From NCBI GenBank assembly GCA_964386485.1, contig CAYLTH010000004.1, positions 318 through 64,317 on the forward strand: a DNA stretch of 64,000 bases, given 5' to 3'. The notes below the pieces were generated by a model. It did not search any database. It was given only the letters and a program-made list of their open reading frames with translations, and was not told where the DNA came from. Every line of letters begins with the position of its first letter. Position 1 is the stretch's first letter. Source of the stretch: an uncultured Bacteroidales bacterium. GTDB taxonomy: Bacteria; Bacteroidota; Bacteroidia; Bacteroidales; CAIXZF01. Both the position numbers and the translations under genes were made by a program. Shown one piece after another: positions 15,818-26,604 of the stretch.

Positions 15818-17638
15818 TTGAAAAGTTTCATCCGCATATTTAAATATCTGATTCCATACTGGCCAAAAGCTGTCTGGAACATCGTCATGAATCTGGCCGG
15901 AGCCTTCTTTTCTGTTTTTTCACTGGCCATGGTGGTCCCTTTTCTACAGGTGCTGTTCAGACCGGCTATCATTCCCGTACCTCCTCCCCCGTTCCGGCTT
16001 GATAAAGATGTGGTAATCAGTCATTTTTACTATTTCGTTGATTATCTGAGTTTTACTCAGGGAAAATCGATGGCCCTGTTTTTTATCTGCCTGTTCGTGC
16101 TGGGAATGTTTCTGCTGAAAAATATATTCCAATACCTGGCTCTGTATGTACTGGCTCCGATCCGGACAGGCGTAGTAAAAGACCTTCGAAACGACATTTA
16201 CAAAAGGATTCTGATATTGCCCCTTGCATATTACAGTGAAGAAAAGCGCGGCGATATCATCGCCCGCATGACAAGCGATATTCAGGAAGTGGAATGGTCG
16301 GTTATGAAATCCTTCGAACTCTTTTTCCGGGAACCCATTACCATACTTTTGTTTCTGGTCAGTCTTTTTACCTTGAGCTGGTCGCTCACACTTTTTGTGT
16401 TGGTACTTTTACCCATCAGTGGCCTGTTGATCGGTCTCATTTCCAGATCCTTACGAAAACGAAGCGTAAAAACCCAGCAGAAAATGGGTGTATTGATGTC
16501 GGTGATCGAGGAAAGCCTGAGTGGTTTGAGGATCATCAAATCTTTTAATGCCATTGATCAGGCAGGCGACAAATTTGCTGCCATCAATGAGGATTATACC
16601 CGGCAGATGGTGAAGATTTCGAGAAGAACGGACCTGGCATCTCCTTTGAGTGAATTTCTGGGGATCATTATTCTGGTGATAATCCTGATTTATGGCGGAA
16701 GTCAGGTACTGAGCGGCCGGATTGGACTATCGGCAGAAGGATTTATCGCATTTATTGCCATTTTTTCACAGCTCATCAATCCTGTAAAAAACCTCACCAT
16801 GGCCTGGTATCAAGTTCAGAAGGGCGTTGCTTCACTTGACCGGATTCATCAGGTAATTGATGCTGAGGAAATCATCATTGAAAAGAATAATGCATTAACT
16901 ATCAAACAATTAGATAACAGTATTGAATTGCGGGATGTCAGTTTCCGGTATGAAGATGAGTGGGTTCTGAAGAATATTAATCTTATCATCCGGAAAGGAG
17001 AAAGCATTGCACTGGTGGGCTCTTCGGGCAGTGGAAAATCAACACTGGCGGATCTGCTTCCCCGTTTTCATGATTGTACCGAAGGCGAGGTTCTTGTGGA
17101 TGGGATTAACATTAAGGAATATAGAATTGATCATATCCGTGCGTTGATGGGCATTGTAACACAGGAGGCTATATTGTTCAATGACAGCGTATTAAACAAT
17201 ATTGCTTTTGGAAAAACTGTCTTTGATGAGGCTGAAGTTACAGAAGCTGCCAGAGCAGCAAATGCCCATGAGTTTATAAGTGGTATGGAAAACGGATATT
17301 ACAGCCGTATTGGTGACCGGGGCAGCAGACTGAGTGGCGGACAGCGTCAACGCATCAGTATTGCCCGTGCATTGATCAACAAACCGGATGTTCTGATATT
17401 TGATGAAGCAACCTCTGCCCTGGATAATGAGTCTGAGAAGCTTGTAACCGAAGCAGTGGAACAATTATTAAAAAAACACACCTCTGTTTTGATAGCGCAT
17501 CGATTTTCCAGCATACAACATGTCGACCGGATTATCGTTCTGGAAAATGGTAGAATTGCAGAAGAAGGTACGCACACAGAGCTTTTATTATTAGGGGGTG
17601 TGTATAAAAAGTTGTACGACTTACAATCACTCCCGTAG
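15818..17638 (+). CDS. ABC transporter, fused permease/ATPase (MsbA-like exporter)
   Basis: 606 aa with a TTG start. It has six TM segments, Walker A (GSSGSGKST), the ABC signature (LSGGQRQR) and Walker B (VLIFDEATSALD). Confidence 0.9.
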   Translation: MKSFIRIFKYLIPYWPKAVWNIVMNLAGAFFSVFSLAMVVPFLQVLFRPAIIPVPPPPFRLDKDVVISHFYYFVDYLSFTQGKSMALFFICLFVLGMFLLKNIFQYLALYVLAPIRTGVVKDLRNDIYKRILILPLAYYSEEKRGDIIARMTSDIQEVEWSVMKSFELFFREPITILLFLVSLFTLSWSLTLFVLVLLPISGLLIGLISRSLRKRSVKTQQKMGVLMSVIEESLSGLRIIKSFNAIDQAGDKFAAINEDYTRQMVKISRRTDLASPLSEFLGIIILVIILIYGGSQVLSGRIGLSAEGFIAFIAIFSQLINPVKNLTMAWYQVQKGVASLDRIHQVIDAEEIIIEKNNALTIKQLDNSIELRDVSFRYEDEWVLKNINLIIRKGESIALVGSSGSGKSTLADLLPRFHDCTEGEVLVDGINIKEYRIDHIRALMGIVTQEAILFNDSVLNNIAFGKTVFDEAEVTEAARAANAHEFISGMENGYYSRIGDRGSRLSGGQRQRISIARALINKPDVLIFDEATSALDNESEKLVTEAVEQLLKKHTSVLIAHRFSSIQHVDRIIVLENGRIAEEGTHTELLLLGGVYKKLYDLQSLP

Positions 17639-17668
17639 ATTTTTCTAATTTTGACCAAAATTTAAAAC

Positions 17669-18133
17669 ATGGATCTTACAAAAATTCTTACTATTTCCGG
17701 AAAAAGCGGATTGTTTAATCTCGTTGCCCAGACAAAAACCGGTGCAATCGTAGAATCCTTTACGGATAAAAAGCGTTTTCCGGTATTTGCCAATGAGAAA
17801 ATGAATTCGCTGGAGGAAATCAGTATTTTCACAACCGATGAGGATAAACCCCTGAAAGAAGTTCTGGAACTGATGTTTAAAAAAGAAAACGGTGGTCCGG
17901 CCTCAGTGGATAAAGAAAATTCTGCAGCATTGAAAGCCTATCTGGAAGAAGTATTGCCGGATTATGACAAAGAACGTGTTTATGTCAGTGACATTAAAAA
18001 GCTGATTACCTGGTATATGATCCTGCATAAGGAAGGATTATTGGAAATCAGTGAACCGGAAACAACTGAAGAAGCAGAAAAAACTGAGGATCCCGGTACA
18101 GGGGAAGAAACAGATGTCGAAAGTAATTCTTGA
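17669..18133 (+). CDS. DUF5606-like protein with acidic C-terminal tail
   Basis: 154 aa. The N-terminus (MDLTKILTISGKSGLFNLVAQTKTGAIVES) resembles the DUF5606 family as I recall it. The tail is [26 protein letters not shown]. Confidence 0.6.
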   Translation: MDLTKILTISGKSGLFNLVAQTKTGAIVESFTDKKRFPVFANEKMNSLEEISIFTTDEDKPLKEVLELMFKKENGGPASVDKENSAALKAYLEEVLPDYDKERVYVSDIKKLITWYMILHKEGLLEISEPETTEEAEKTEDPGTGEETDVESNS

Positions 18134-18917
18134 TTGCCAACTGGTTACTAACCAGGAATTAAGCCCACTTTATCATTTACTCGAATTTAGAGCACCTGCC
18201 ACATTTCCCAAAGTATTTCCAGGGCAGTTTGCAGAGATTCTGGTACCGAACGCCCCGCATACCTTTTTGCGACGGCCTTTTTCGGTATATGATGCAGACG
18301 AACAAAACCATATTATAAAGTTCATCATAAAAATAGCAGGTGAAGGTACCCGCCTTCTGTGTTCGATGAAAGCCGGAGAAATTGCCAATATTCTGTTCCC
18401 GTTGGGTAAAGGATTCACGCTGCCGGCGGGTAAAGCTTTGGTTGTCGGGGGTGGTGTTGGGATTGCTCCCATGTTTCTTTTATCGCGCTGGCTGAATGAT
18501 CATGGTTTTACCTGTGATATTTTACTGGGTGGCCGCTCCAAAGCCGATATTATTAATACAGAGGAGTTCTCTGTTTATGGGAAGCTGGGTATCACAACTG
18601 ATGACGGAAGCCTTGGGCATCATGGAATTATAACCACTCATCCCTGGCTTCAGAAAATTGATCCTGCCATAACGAGGATATATACCTGTGGTCCTGAACC
18701 GATGATGCGTGCAGTTGCAGCCATTGCGGTCAACCAAAATGTTGATTGCGAGGTTTCTCTTGAAAATACGATGGCTTGCGGGTATGGAGTTTGCCTTTCG
18801 TGCATCGTGGCAACAGATGAAGGAAACATATGTACCTGTACCGAAGGACCTGTTTTCAATACCAAAATACTGAAAGACTGGAATAATCCTCCGGTCAGCC
18901 CTACCCGATCACATTAA
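18114..18917 (+). CDS. pyrK: Dihydroorotate dehydrogenase electron-transfer subunit
   Basis: I trimmed the track ORF to the ATG at 18114 (MSKVILDC...). It has an FNR-like fold and the C-terminal [2Fe-2S] motif [11 protein letters not shown]...CTCTEGP. It lies directly upstream of pyrD. Confidence 0.85.
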   Translation: MSKVILDCQLVTNQELSPLYHLLEFRAPATFPKVFPGQFAEILVPNAPHTFLRRPFSVYDADEQNHIIKFIIKIAGEGTRLLCSMKAGEIANILFPLGKGFTLPAGKALVVGGGVGIAPMFLLSRWLNDHGFTCDILLGGRSKADIINTEEFSVYGKLGITTDDGSLGHHGIITTHPWLQKIDPAITRIYTCGPEPMMRAVAAIAVNQNVDCEVSLENTMACGYGVCLSCIVATDEGNICTCTEGPVFNTKILKDWNNPPVSPTRSH

Positions 18918-18927
18918 TTGTCAATTC

Positions 18928-19839
18928 ATGCCGAAATTAACGACCCAAATACACAATCTTCAGCTAAAAAATCCAGTACTTACCGCTTCAGGAACCTTTG
19001 GTTATGGTCTTGAGCATGCTGATTTCTTTGATGTTTCACGGCTCGGAGGGATTGTTACCAAGGCTGTTTCGAAAGAACCACGTAGAGGAAATAACTATCC
19101 GCGCATGGCCGAAACACCCTCTGGCATGCTCAATGCTATTGGTCTGCAAAACAAGGGAATTGATCATTTTGAACGGGAAATATATCCGGAATTATTAAAA
19201 TTCGATACGAATATTATAATCAATGTTGCCGGACACAGTGTTGATGACTATGTGTATGTTGCTGAACGACTCAATGAACTTGAACATGTACATGCAATCG
19301 AACTGAATATCAGTTGTCCGAATGTAAAAGATGGTCTTGCGTTCGGGACCTCCTGCCCTTCGGCTACTGCACTTACAATTGCTGTACGTAAAGTTTATCA
19401 TAAAACGCTGATTGTCAAACTTTCGCCCAATGTTACCAGCATCGTGGAAATGGCCAAGGCCATTCAGGATGGCGGTGCTGACGCCTTATCGGTGATCAAT
19501 ACGCTGATCGGGATGGCCATTGATGTAGAAAAACGCAAACCGATTCTGGCAACGGTGACAGGCGGTTTAAGCGGACCGGCAATTAAACCTGTTGCCCTGC
19601 GCATGGTATATCAGGTTTCAAAAGCAGTTGACATACCGGTTATCGGAATTGGTGGAATCATGACTGGAACCGATGCAGTTGAATTTTTACTGGCCGGAGC
19701 CACAGCCGTACAGATTGGAACGGCCAATTTCATTTATCCGGATGCGTGTATGCGGATACTCGATGGTATAGAAGAATATCTCGACAGGCATAACATAGCC
19801 GATATCAACGACTTAATTGGAGGATTAAAGATTTGTTAA
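18928..19839 (+). CDS. pyrD: Dihydroorotate dehydrogenase catalytic subunit (class 1B)
   Basis: 303 aa. Matching segments are [21 protein letters not shown] and [14 protein letters not shown]. Confidence 0.95.
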   Translation: MPKLTTQIHNLQLKNPVLTASGTFGYGLEHADFFDVSRLGGIVTKAVSKEPRRGNNYPRMAETPSGMLNAIGLQNKGIDHFEREIYPELLKFDTNIIINVAGHSVDDYVYVAERLNELEHVHAIELNISCPNVKDGLAFGTSCPSATALTIAVRKVYHKTLIVKLSPNVTSIVEMAKAIQDGGADALSVINTLIGMAIDVEKRKPILATVTGGLSGPAIKPVALRMVYQVSKAVDIPVIGIGGIMTGTDAVEFLLAGATAVQIGTANFIYPDACMRILDGIEEYLDRHNIADINDLIGGLKIC

Positions 19840-19935
19840 CAATTATTTAAAATTAAGTTAACATATCCCGTTTTCACACGCAACAAACCATCCTTTTTTC
19901 CTAATTTTACCCGCGTTACCAAAATGTGACCGAAA

Positions 19936-21351
19936 ATGTTCGGATTAGATCCCCTATTGACTACACTGCTGATTGTCTGCATTGTAGCTGCCTGTGCCTT
20001 TGAGTTTATCAATGGCTTTCATGATACAGCCAACGCTGTAGCCACTGTAATTTATACCAACTCCCTGAAACCGACTATTGCTGTAATCTGGTCAGGTTTA
20101 TGGAATTTCCTGGGAGTGTATGTTGGAGGAATTGCAGTAGCCATGGGAATTGTGAATTTATTACCCATTGAAATGCTGGTAGATCAGAATGTCTACCATA
20201 GTGTTGCGATGATTATGTCGCTGGTTCTTACAGCGATTATCTGGAATCTCTGGACCTGGTATTTCGGGATTCCCTGCTCGAGCAGCCATACACTTATTGG
20301 ATCAATATTCGGAGTTGGTCTCGCTTTCATGCTGCTACCCGGAAACGGAGATGTTGCCTTAAACTGGCATAAAGTAGAGGATATCGGGCTAAGTTTGTTG
20401 ATTTCCCCCATATTCGGGTTTGGTTTAGCCATGTTCCTGATGATCGCGTTGAAAAAGATGCTAAAAGACAAACGGTTGTTTGAGGAGCCACCAAAAGATA
20501 TGCCGCCACCATTATGGGTTCGTGCAGTATTAATTCTAACGTGTACGAGCGTGAGTTTTTCTCACGGATCGAACGATGGACAAAAAGGAGTTGGTTTAAT
20601 TATGATCATCCTGATCAGCATTGTTCCTGCATTTTTTGCCATTGACCACAGCCGGACACCTGCACAGCTCACATCGGATCTTACGAGGATAGAGCAATCG
20701 ATGATGCGTGTTAATGCATCGCTTGTTGAAGATGTTGACAAAGCATATTCAGATAAGATCATTAAAATGGTGAATGAGATTCAGGATAAAATTGAAGGCA
20801 AGCAGAAATTTGTTGAACTGGAAAAAGAATCCCATTTTACTATCCGGAAGGATATGTTGCAGATCTCGAAAAAATACAACACATTTCTGGACGATATGGA
20901 TTCAGAAGGCAAATTAAAACTAAACAGGTCTGAGTATAAAGATGTTAAGTCTGATATTAAGAAACTGGCAGGGTATACCCAATACTCACCCTGGTGGGTT
21001 ATTCTGATGATATCAGTTTCTCTGGGACTTGGAACGATGGTAGGCTGGCGAAGAATTGTTGTTACCATTGGGGAGAAAATCGGGAAATCACACCTCACAT
21101 ATGCACAGGGAGCCAGTGCCGAATTGGTTGCAGCCAGTACAATCGGGATTTCGACCTGGCTTGGTCTGCCGGTAAGTACAACACATGTATTGTCATCCGG
21201 TGTTGCAGGAACAATGGTAGCAGGAAAGGGACTTAAAAATCTCCGTGCAAAAACCGTCAAAAGCATTGCTATTGCCTGGCTGGTAACACTCCCGGTTACT
21301 ATTCTATTAAGCGGGGGATTATTCCTTGCCATGTATTATCTGATCGGATAA
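19936..21351 (+). CDS. Inorganic phosphate transporter, PiT family
   Basis: 471 aa. The N-terminal FINGFHDTANAVATVIYT and C-terminal STTHVLSSGVAG are the duplicated PiT signature regions. They are separated by a long hydrophilic loop. Confidence 0.9.
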   Translation: MFGLDPLLTTLLIVCIVAACAFEFINGFHDTANAVATVIYTNSLKPTIAVIWSGLWNFLGVYVGGIAVAMGIVNLLPIEMLVDQNVYHSVAMIMSLVLTAIIWNLWTWYFGIPCSSSHTLIGSIFGVGLAFMLLPGNGDVALNWHKVEDIGLSLLISPIFGFGLAMFLMIALKKMLKDKRLFEEPPKDMPPPLWVRAVLILTCTSVSFSHGSNDGQKGVGLIMIILISIVPAFFAIDHSRTPAQLTSDLTRIEQSMMRVNASLVEDVDKAYSDKIIKMVNEIQDKIEGKQKFVELEKESHFTIRKDMLQISKKYNTFLDDMDSEGKLKLNRSEYKDVKSDIKKLAGYTQYSPWWVILMISVSLGLGTMVGWRRIVVTIGEKIGKSHLTYAQGASAELVAASTIGISTWLGLPVSTTHVLSSGVAGTMVAGKGLKNLRAKTVKSIAIAWLVTLPVTILLSGGLFLAMYYLIG

Positions 21352-21362
21352 ACCAATTTGTG

Positions 21363-21370
21363 TACCTTTG
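21363..21370 (+). promoter_or_regulatory. -7 box TACCTTTG (dedA-family gene)
   Basis: Matches TAnnTTTG. It overlaps the TTG start that the track used at 21368, which argues for the ATG at 21392 as the real start. Confidence 0.5.
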
Positions 21371-21391
21371 CGCCTTCAAATACGAAGGCAA

Positions 21392-22048
21392 ATGACTGAT
21401 TTATTTAATTTTCTGATTGATTTTGTGCTGCATATCGACAAGCACCTTGTTGAAATTGTAACAAAGTATGAGACCTGGACCTATGTCATACTATTTTTAA
21501 TCGTCTTCTGCGAAACCGGACTTGTAATAACACCTTTTCTACCAGGTGATTCCCTGTTATTCGCTGCAGGTGCCATATCTGCAATGGATGGTCAGCCATT
21601 GACCATCGCCGGCATCATGATTACCTTTTTCATTGCCGCTTTTCTGGGAGATAATACCAATTACTTCATTGGTAAATTTTTAGGACAAAAGGTATATGAT
21701 AAAAACTACCGGTTAATTAAGCGGAAATACCTGGATCAAACCCATCAGTTTTACGAAAAACATGGAGGGAAAACGATTATTATCGCACGTTTTATGCCGA
21801 TTATCAGGACATTTGCTCCTTTTGTAGCGGGAGTTGGTACGATGACCTACGTTCGTTTTATTTCGTTTAGTGTAGCTGGAAATATCATTTGGGTTGGATT
21901 GTTTTGTCTTGCCGGTTTCTTCTTTGGCAATATCCCTTTTGTTCAGAACAATTTCTCGATAATCGTACTTGCAATTATAGCAGTATCATTGGTTCCACCA
22001 GTTTTTGCGGTATTAAGAGCCTGGATAAATAATCGAAAAGCGGCTTAA
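21392..22048 (+). CDS. DedA-family (VTT domain) membrane protein
   Basis: The DedA core is present (FCETGLVITPFLPGDSLLFAAG...GKTIIIARFMPIIRTFAPFVAG). The start was moved to the ATG downstream of the promoter box. Confidence 0.85.
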   Translation: MTDLFNFLIDFVLHIDKHLVEIVTKYETWTYVILFLIVFCETGLVITPFLPGDSLLFAAGAISAMDGQPLTIAGIMITFFIAAFLGDNTNYFIGKFLGQKVYDKNYRLIKRKYLDQTHQFYEKHGGKTIIIARFMPIIRTFAPFVAGVGTMTYVRFISFSVAGNIIWVGLFCLAGFFFGNIPFVQNNFSIIVLAIIAVSLVPPVFAVLRAWINNRKAA

Positions 22049-22050
22049 AT

Positions 22051-23292
22051 TTATTTTAACATCGCATTATCCAGTCTTGCAAAAGAACGTTTCAGCAGGA
22101 ATGGGCTTGCCAGTGTTGTGACTATACCCATCACAACCAGGATGGAGTAAACTGAGGTATCGATTAACCCATTCTGCAAGGCGATATTGGCAATAACGAG
22201 TTCCATAATTCCTCTGGCATTCAAACCGATACCCAGCGTTGTTGATTCCTGTTTATTAAGTCCGGCAAGCCGCCCTCCGTAATATCCGCCAATAATTTTA
22301 CTCGAGAAAGAAGCAACAAGAACAAGTACAAGCAGCCAGATATTCGTAATCGACTGTATATTAAATTGTATACCCATTGCAGCAAAAAAGATGGGAGCCA
22401 GGAAGCCCATGGTTATACCAGATGTGGTTGATTTGACCTTTTCAAAATTCTCAATACCAAGAAAATCGCGGTTAAGCAACATCGCTCCAAAAAAGGCACC
22501 AATTACAAAGTGAAGGCCCAAGACTTCAGAAACACTGGCAAAAATGAGTACAAACACAATGATCATTGCAAATAAAGACTCCTTCCCTTTCAGGAATGTA
22601 AGCAATTTGCCAAGACTTGACTGAATAAGCGGTATTTTTGAGGTTGCGAGTCTGAATGCCTTGTAGGAAATAAACATGAGGGCCACAAACAATCCGACTT
22701 TGAATGTGGTAATCAGAACAGAAATAAGCAATGATGTAATATCGCTTTCAGCTGATCTGGAATCCAGGATGATACCAAGAATCAGCAGGGAGATAATATC
22801 GTTAAAAATGGCTGCACTAATAATCTTCTGACCGATATCGGTGTTTAATTTACCCAGATCCATGAGGATTCTGACGCTGACCGGAAGCGCAGTAATTGAA
22901 ATACACAGACTGATAAAAAGCGTTAACAACCAATCCAGTTGAAGGATTAATCCGATCATCAATCCAAAAATCATGGGGATAATAAATCCTAAAACAGCAA
23001 TGAAAAGGCTTTTCCCTCTAACAGAATTGCGCACATCTTCTGGTCTGATTTCCATACCAGCCAATACGATCAGCAGGAAAACCCCCAATTCGGAAAGGAC
23101 ACTGATTTCGCCGGAGAAGTGCACCACACCAAGCAATGAGGGTCCGAGGATAAAACCAGCCATAATCTCACCAATCATGGCCGGCTGACCAAACCGTTCG
23201 AATACCTCACCCAGAAACCTGGCAAAGAGAAGAAGAAGAAGAAGAGTTACAGTGAAGGGTAAGGCAGGTTGCAGTGCTATATTAATGATCAT
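22051..23292 (-). CDS. Cation:proton antiporter (CPA2 / Na_H_Exchanger family)
   Basis: 413 aa, polytopic. The N-terminus (ARFLGEVFERFGQPAMIGEIMAGFILGPSLLG) is typical of CPA2. Confidence 0.85.
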   Translation of the reverse strand: MIINIALQPALPFTVTLLLLLLFARFLGEVFERFGQPAMIGEIMAGFILGPSLLGVVHFSGEISVLSELGVFLLIVLAGMEIRPEDVRNSVRGKSLFIAVLGFIIPMIFGLMIGLILQLDWLLTLFISLCISITALPVSVRILMDLGKLNTDIGQKIISAAIFNDIISLLILGIILDSRSAESDITSLLISVLITTFKVGLFVALMFISYKAFRLATSKIPLIQSSLGKLLTFLKGKESLFAMIIVFVLIFASVSEVLGLHFVIGAFFGAMLLNRDFLGIENFEKVKSTTSGITMGFLAPIFFAAMGIQFNIQSITNIWLLVLVLVASFSSKIIGGYYGGRLAGLNKQESTTLGIGLNARGIMELVIANIALQNGLIDTSVYSILVVMGIVTTLASPFLLKRSFARLDNAMLK

Positions 23293-25231
23293 AAATCCGT
23301 TTCAGTTTGCTGGGAGTATCTTCTTCCAGTTGCAAGGGCACAGTTTCAACAAAAACATTACTCGTATCAAGCCCATATGCTTTCACATCTGGCACACCTA
23401 TATTCTTTAAAACCACGTAAATATCCATGATCATCTGCTCAAAAGCTTTAAAGTCGAAGTCATAGTTCTGAATCCGGTCGATAATCACAAATTTAAAATC
23501 ACCGGGAATATGATGTTTTCTGAGTGATTCATAACGACTAACAATATCAATTTCCTGATTCCTGACCATATCCTGAATAACCTGTTTAAAAAACAGGTTA
23601 ACCCGGGGTTGAATCCTGAATCCAAGTTTGAGGTCTACCCGCATGAGAGTATCAGGGATTAGCGTTTCTACACTGTAAGACATGGTATGTGGTTCATCCA
23701 CGATATCAATATGAATAAACCAATAAAGATCTGCGCGTTTGGGTTGCTTATTAAAAATGGAATAGATTATTTTCGACTCAACATCATGGTTATAGTTAGC
23801 TTTCGTCAGATAAATAAGGTTCGTTGCATATTTGATAACCGATTCGTCGGCTTTAAGGTCTTTAAACCATTCGAGATAATTATCGACCCGAACGAAGGTA
23901 ATAAACCGGTTTTTAATGAGGCGGCCACGGTACCACACATACATAATGATAAACAAGGCACCACTGATTAAGGTGGTAACCCAACCACCATGCATAAACT
24001 TATTGAGGTTTGCAATCAGAAATGAACCTTCAACAAAAAGATAGAGCGATGTAAAGATAAAAATGAGATAAACCGGAACCTTCTGATAATAGAAAAAGAA
24101 AGTCAGTAAAATTGTGGTCATCAACATTGTAATATTGATTGTAAGCCCATATGCTGCTTCCATTTTTGCGGATTCACGGGTAAACAGGATAAAGAGGATA
24201 CAGGCTACCCACAAAAACCTGTTCACACTGGGAATATACATCTGACCTTTTACGGTTGTGGGATAATTTATTCTGACTTTTGGCCAAAAATTCAGAAGAA
24301 TGGCTTCACTGATAATGGTATAAGAAGCTGTAATCATAGCCTGACTGGCGATTACTGCTGCGCCAGTAGCAATAATAATACCGGTAATCAAAAACCAGGA
24401 GGGCATGATTGAATAGAAGGAATTTACAGTTCGGATATCGATATCAGGATGGGTTAATAACCATGCACCCTGACCAAAATAATTAAGAATCAGAGCTGTT
24501 TTAACCAGCCCCCAGGTGGCCCGGATATTTTTTACTCCACAATGACCCAGATCCGAATACAAGGCATCTGCACCGGTAGTTGCCAGAAAAACAGCACCAA
24601 GCAACAGAAATCCTCCGGGGTATTCAATCAATAGTTTTATCCCGTGGACCGGATTAAGAGCTTCCAGAATCATCGGGTATTGAACTATCTGCAATATCCC
24701 TAAGGTTCCCAGCATAGTAAACCAGATAAACATAATCGGGCCAAAGGATTCTCCCAGGATATTGGTGCCAAATTGCTGCATTAAGAAAAGTAAGCAAATG
24801 ATTACCAACACAATAGGAATAATAGGAACTGAAGGAAAAACAATTTGAAGTCCTTCAACGGCAGAAACTACAGTGATTGCAGGTGTAATAATTCCATCAG
24901 CCAGCATCGTAGAACCACCGATAATTGCAAAAACAAAAACCCATCGGGCACGCTTTCGGATAAGAGCGTATAGGGCAAATATCCCTCCCTCACCTTTATT
25001 ATCAGCCCTCAAGGCAATAATAACATATTTCAGTGTGGTTTGAAGAGTCAATGTCCAGAAAATACAGGATAATGCGCCATATATAAGCGATTCTGACAAT
25101 CCCGCAGAATTGTTTACGATGGATCTGAGAACATAAAGGGGTGAAGTTCCGATATCTCCATAGACAATACCGAGTGTAATGACCAATCCTGAAAAGGAAA
25201 GCTTATTAATATGTGATTGCCCTGCTTTCAA
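23282..25231 (-). CDS. kup: Potassium uptake protein Kup (KUP/HAK/KT family)
   Basis: 649 aa. It has the GIVYGDIGTSPLYVL signature, 12 TM segments and a cytoplasmic C-terminal domain. Confidence 0.92.
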   Translation of the reverse strand: MKAGQSHINKLSFSGLVITLGIVYGDIGTSPLYVLRSIVNNSAGLSESLIYGALSCIFWTLTLQTTLKYVIIALRADNKGEGGIFALYALIRKRARWVFVFAIIGGSTMLADGIITPAITVVSAVEGLQIVFPSVPIIPIVLVIICLLFLMQQFGTNILGESFGPIMFIWFTMLGTLGILQIVQYPMILEALNPVHGIKLLIEYPGGFLLLGAVFLATTGADALYSDLGHCGVKNIRATWGLVKTALILNYFGQGAWLLTHPDIDIRTVNSFYSIMPSWFLITGIIIATGAAVIASQAMITASYTIISEAILLNFWPKVRINYPTTVKGQMYIPSVNRFLWVACILFILFTRESAKMEAAYGLTINITMLMTTILLTFFFYYQKVPVYLIFIFTSLYLFVEGSFLIANLNKFMHGGWVTTLISGALFIIMYVWYRGRLIKNRFITFVRVDNYLEWFKDLKADESVIKYATNLIYLTKANYNHDVESKIIYSIFNKQPKRADLYWFIHIDIVDEPHTMSYSVETLIPDTLMRVDLKLGFRIQPRVNLFFKQVIQDMVRNQEIDIVSRYESLRKHHIPGDFKFVIIDRIQNYDFDFKAFEQMIMDIYVVLKNIGVPDVKAYGLDTSNVFVETVPLQLEEDTPSKLKRIYDH

Positions 25232-25298
25232 GTGTATTTTATTGAAGTGAATTTATTATGCAAATATCTGTATAATTAGATAAAACCCACGTATAGAA

Positions 25299-26561
25299 TT
25301 AATGATCTTGCTGAATTATTGGTTCTTTTTCTTGTTTAACATTATGATTTGCATGGGGATGCCAGCCTAAAACCAGTATAAGCATCGCAAAACCAGCAAC
25401 ATATGCAATTGGAATATGCCAGGCCTTTTTCACATAATCAATTGTATTTCTTGTTTCAGGAAAGATTCCGGAAATGGCAACACCGGCCGACGATCCAAAC
25501 CAGATCATAGAGCCACCAAAGCCTACACTGTAAGCCAAAACGCCCCAGTCATAGCCACCCTGATCGAGGCATAATTTGGTTAAGGGAATGTTATCAAAAA
25601 TGGCAGAAACAAATCCATAGGCAAATGCAGTCCAAACTGAAGCCGGGGGAAGTTCTTCTACCGGCATCAGAGAAGCACAGGTTACGAGCGCCATGAGGAA
25701 AATACTGCCTTTCATGGCAAGTTTAGCCTCCTTCCATGGAACTGAGGTTAATATCATACCCATCAGCAGGGCTAACCAAACACCAATTGCCGGAAAATCA
25801 AAATAAAAATTGGTAAGAATAGTTGAAACAAGTATCAGAGCAACCAGAATCAGTTTCCGATATTGAATTTTTACTCCTTTGGGTGCGTCCTTCCTGATTT
25901 TTTGGAATTTATCCTGTTGCAGGGAGGCAGGAATACCAAAAATGACCAAAGCTGTAATACTCGCAACAAAGCCATGAAGCACATCCAAAGGAGAAACCCC
26001 GTCGATCCACATCAATGTAGTTGTTGTATCGCCAATAACACTCCCGGCGCCACCCGCGTTTGAGGCTGCAATTATTCCTGCAACATAACCTATATGTACT
26101 TTCCCTTTGAAAACTACCAAAGCAATGGCTCCTCCGATCATCGCAGCAGCAATGTTATCGAGGAAGGTGGATAAAACAAAAATCATCACCAGTAATACGA
26201 AAGCTCCTTTCCAGTCATTCGGGAGTATGGCAGGCAGCGTATCGGGTATTTTGGATTCTTCAAACAATTTAGCCAGAATAGAGAATCCGAGTAACAGTCC
26301 GAACAAATTAAGCAAGATAGGCCATTCGCCCTGTCGCATCTCCTTATTTAATATTTGTTGAAGAATATCTCCTTCCCCAAACAGGTGGTGATAAAAATCG
26401 AATACGGGATCAAAAAACAGTTTCAGGATTAACAGAACTGCCAGGCCGGAAATGGCGACTTCCATGGTTCGTTTGTGAAAGAGAGCAACGCCTCCGAGTG
26501 TTAGGGCAAAGAGAATAAACTCAAGCCGGATACCCAAAATTACAGGTATTGTCAGTAACAT
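25299..26561 (-). CDS. ArsB/NhaD-superfamily permease (NhaD-like Na+/H+ antiporter or anion permease)
   Basis: 420 aa, polytopic, with an internally duplicated hydrophobic architecture. The family assignment is by overall resemblance only. Confidence 0.5.
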   Translation of the reverse strand: MLLTIPVILGIRLEFILFALTLGGVALFHKRTMEVAISGLAVLLILKLFFDPVFDFYHHLFGEGDILQQILNKEMRQGEWPILLNLFGLLLGFSILAKLFEESKIPDTLPAILPNDWKGAFVLLVMIFVLSTFLDNIAAAMIGGAIALVVFKGKVHIGYVAGIIAASNAGGAGSVIGDTTTTLMWIDGVSPLDVLHGFVASITALVIFGIPASLQQDKFQKIRKDAPKGVKIQYRKLILVALILVSTILTNFYFDFPAIGVWLALLMGMILTSVPWKEAKLAMKGSIFLMALVTCASLMPVEELPPASVWTAFAYGFVSAIFDNIPLTKLCLDQGGYDWGVLAYSVGFGGSMIWFGSSAGVAISGIFPETRNTIDYVKKAWHIPIAYVAGFAMLILVLGWHPHANHNVKQEKEPIIQQDH

Positions 26562-26604
26562 AGTTTTGAATTAGTTAAATGAGTATGAGAGTTTTTGGAA
26601 TTCC

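Noticed and set aside
20781-21332. 183-aa minus-strand ORF
   Set aside because: It is antisense within the PiT transporter gene and has no motif support.
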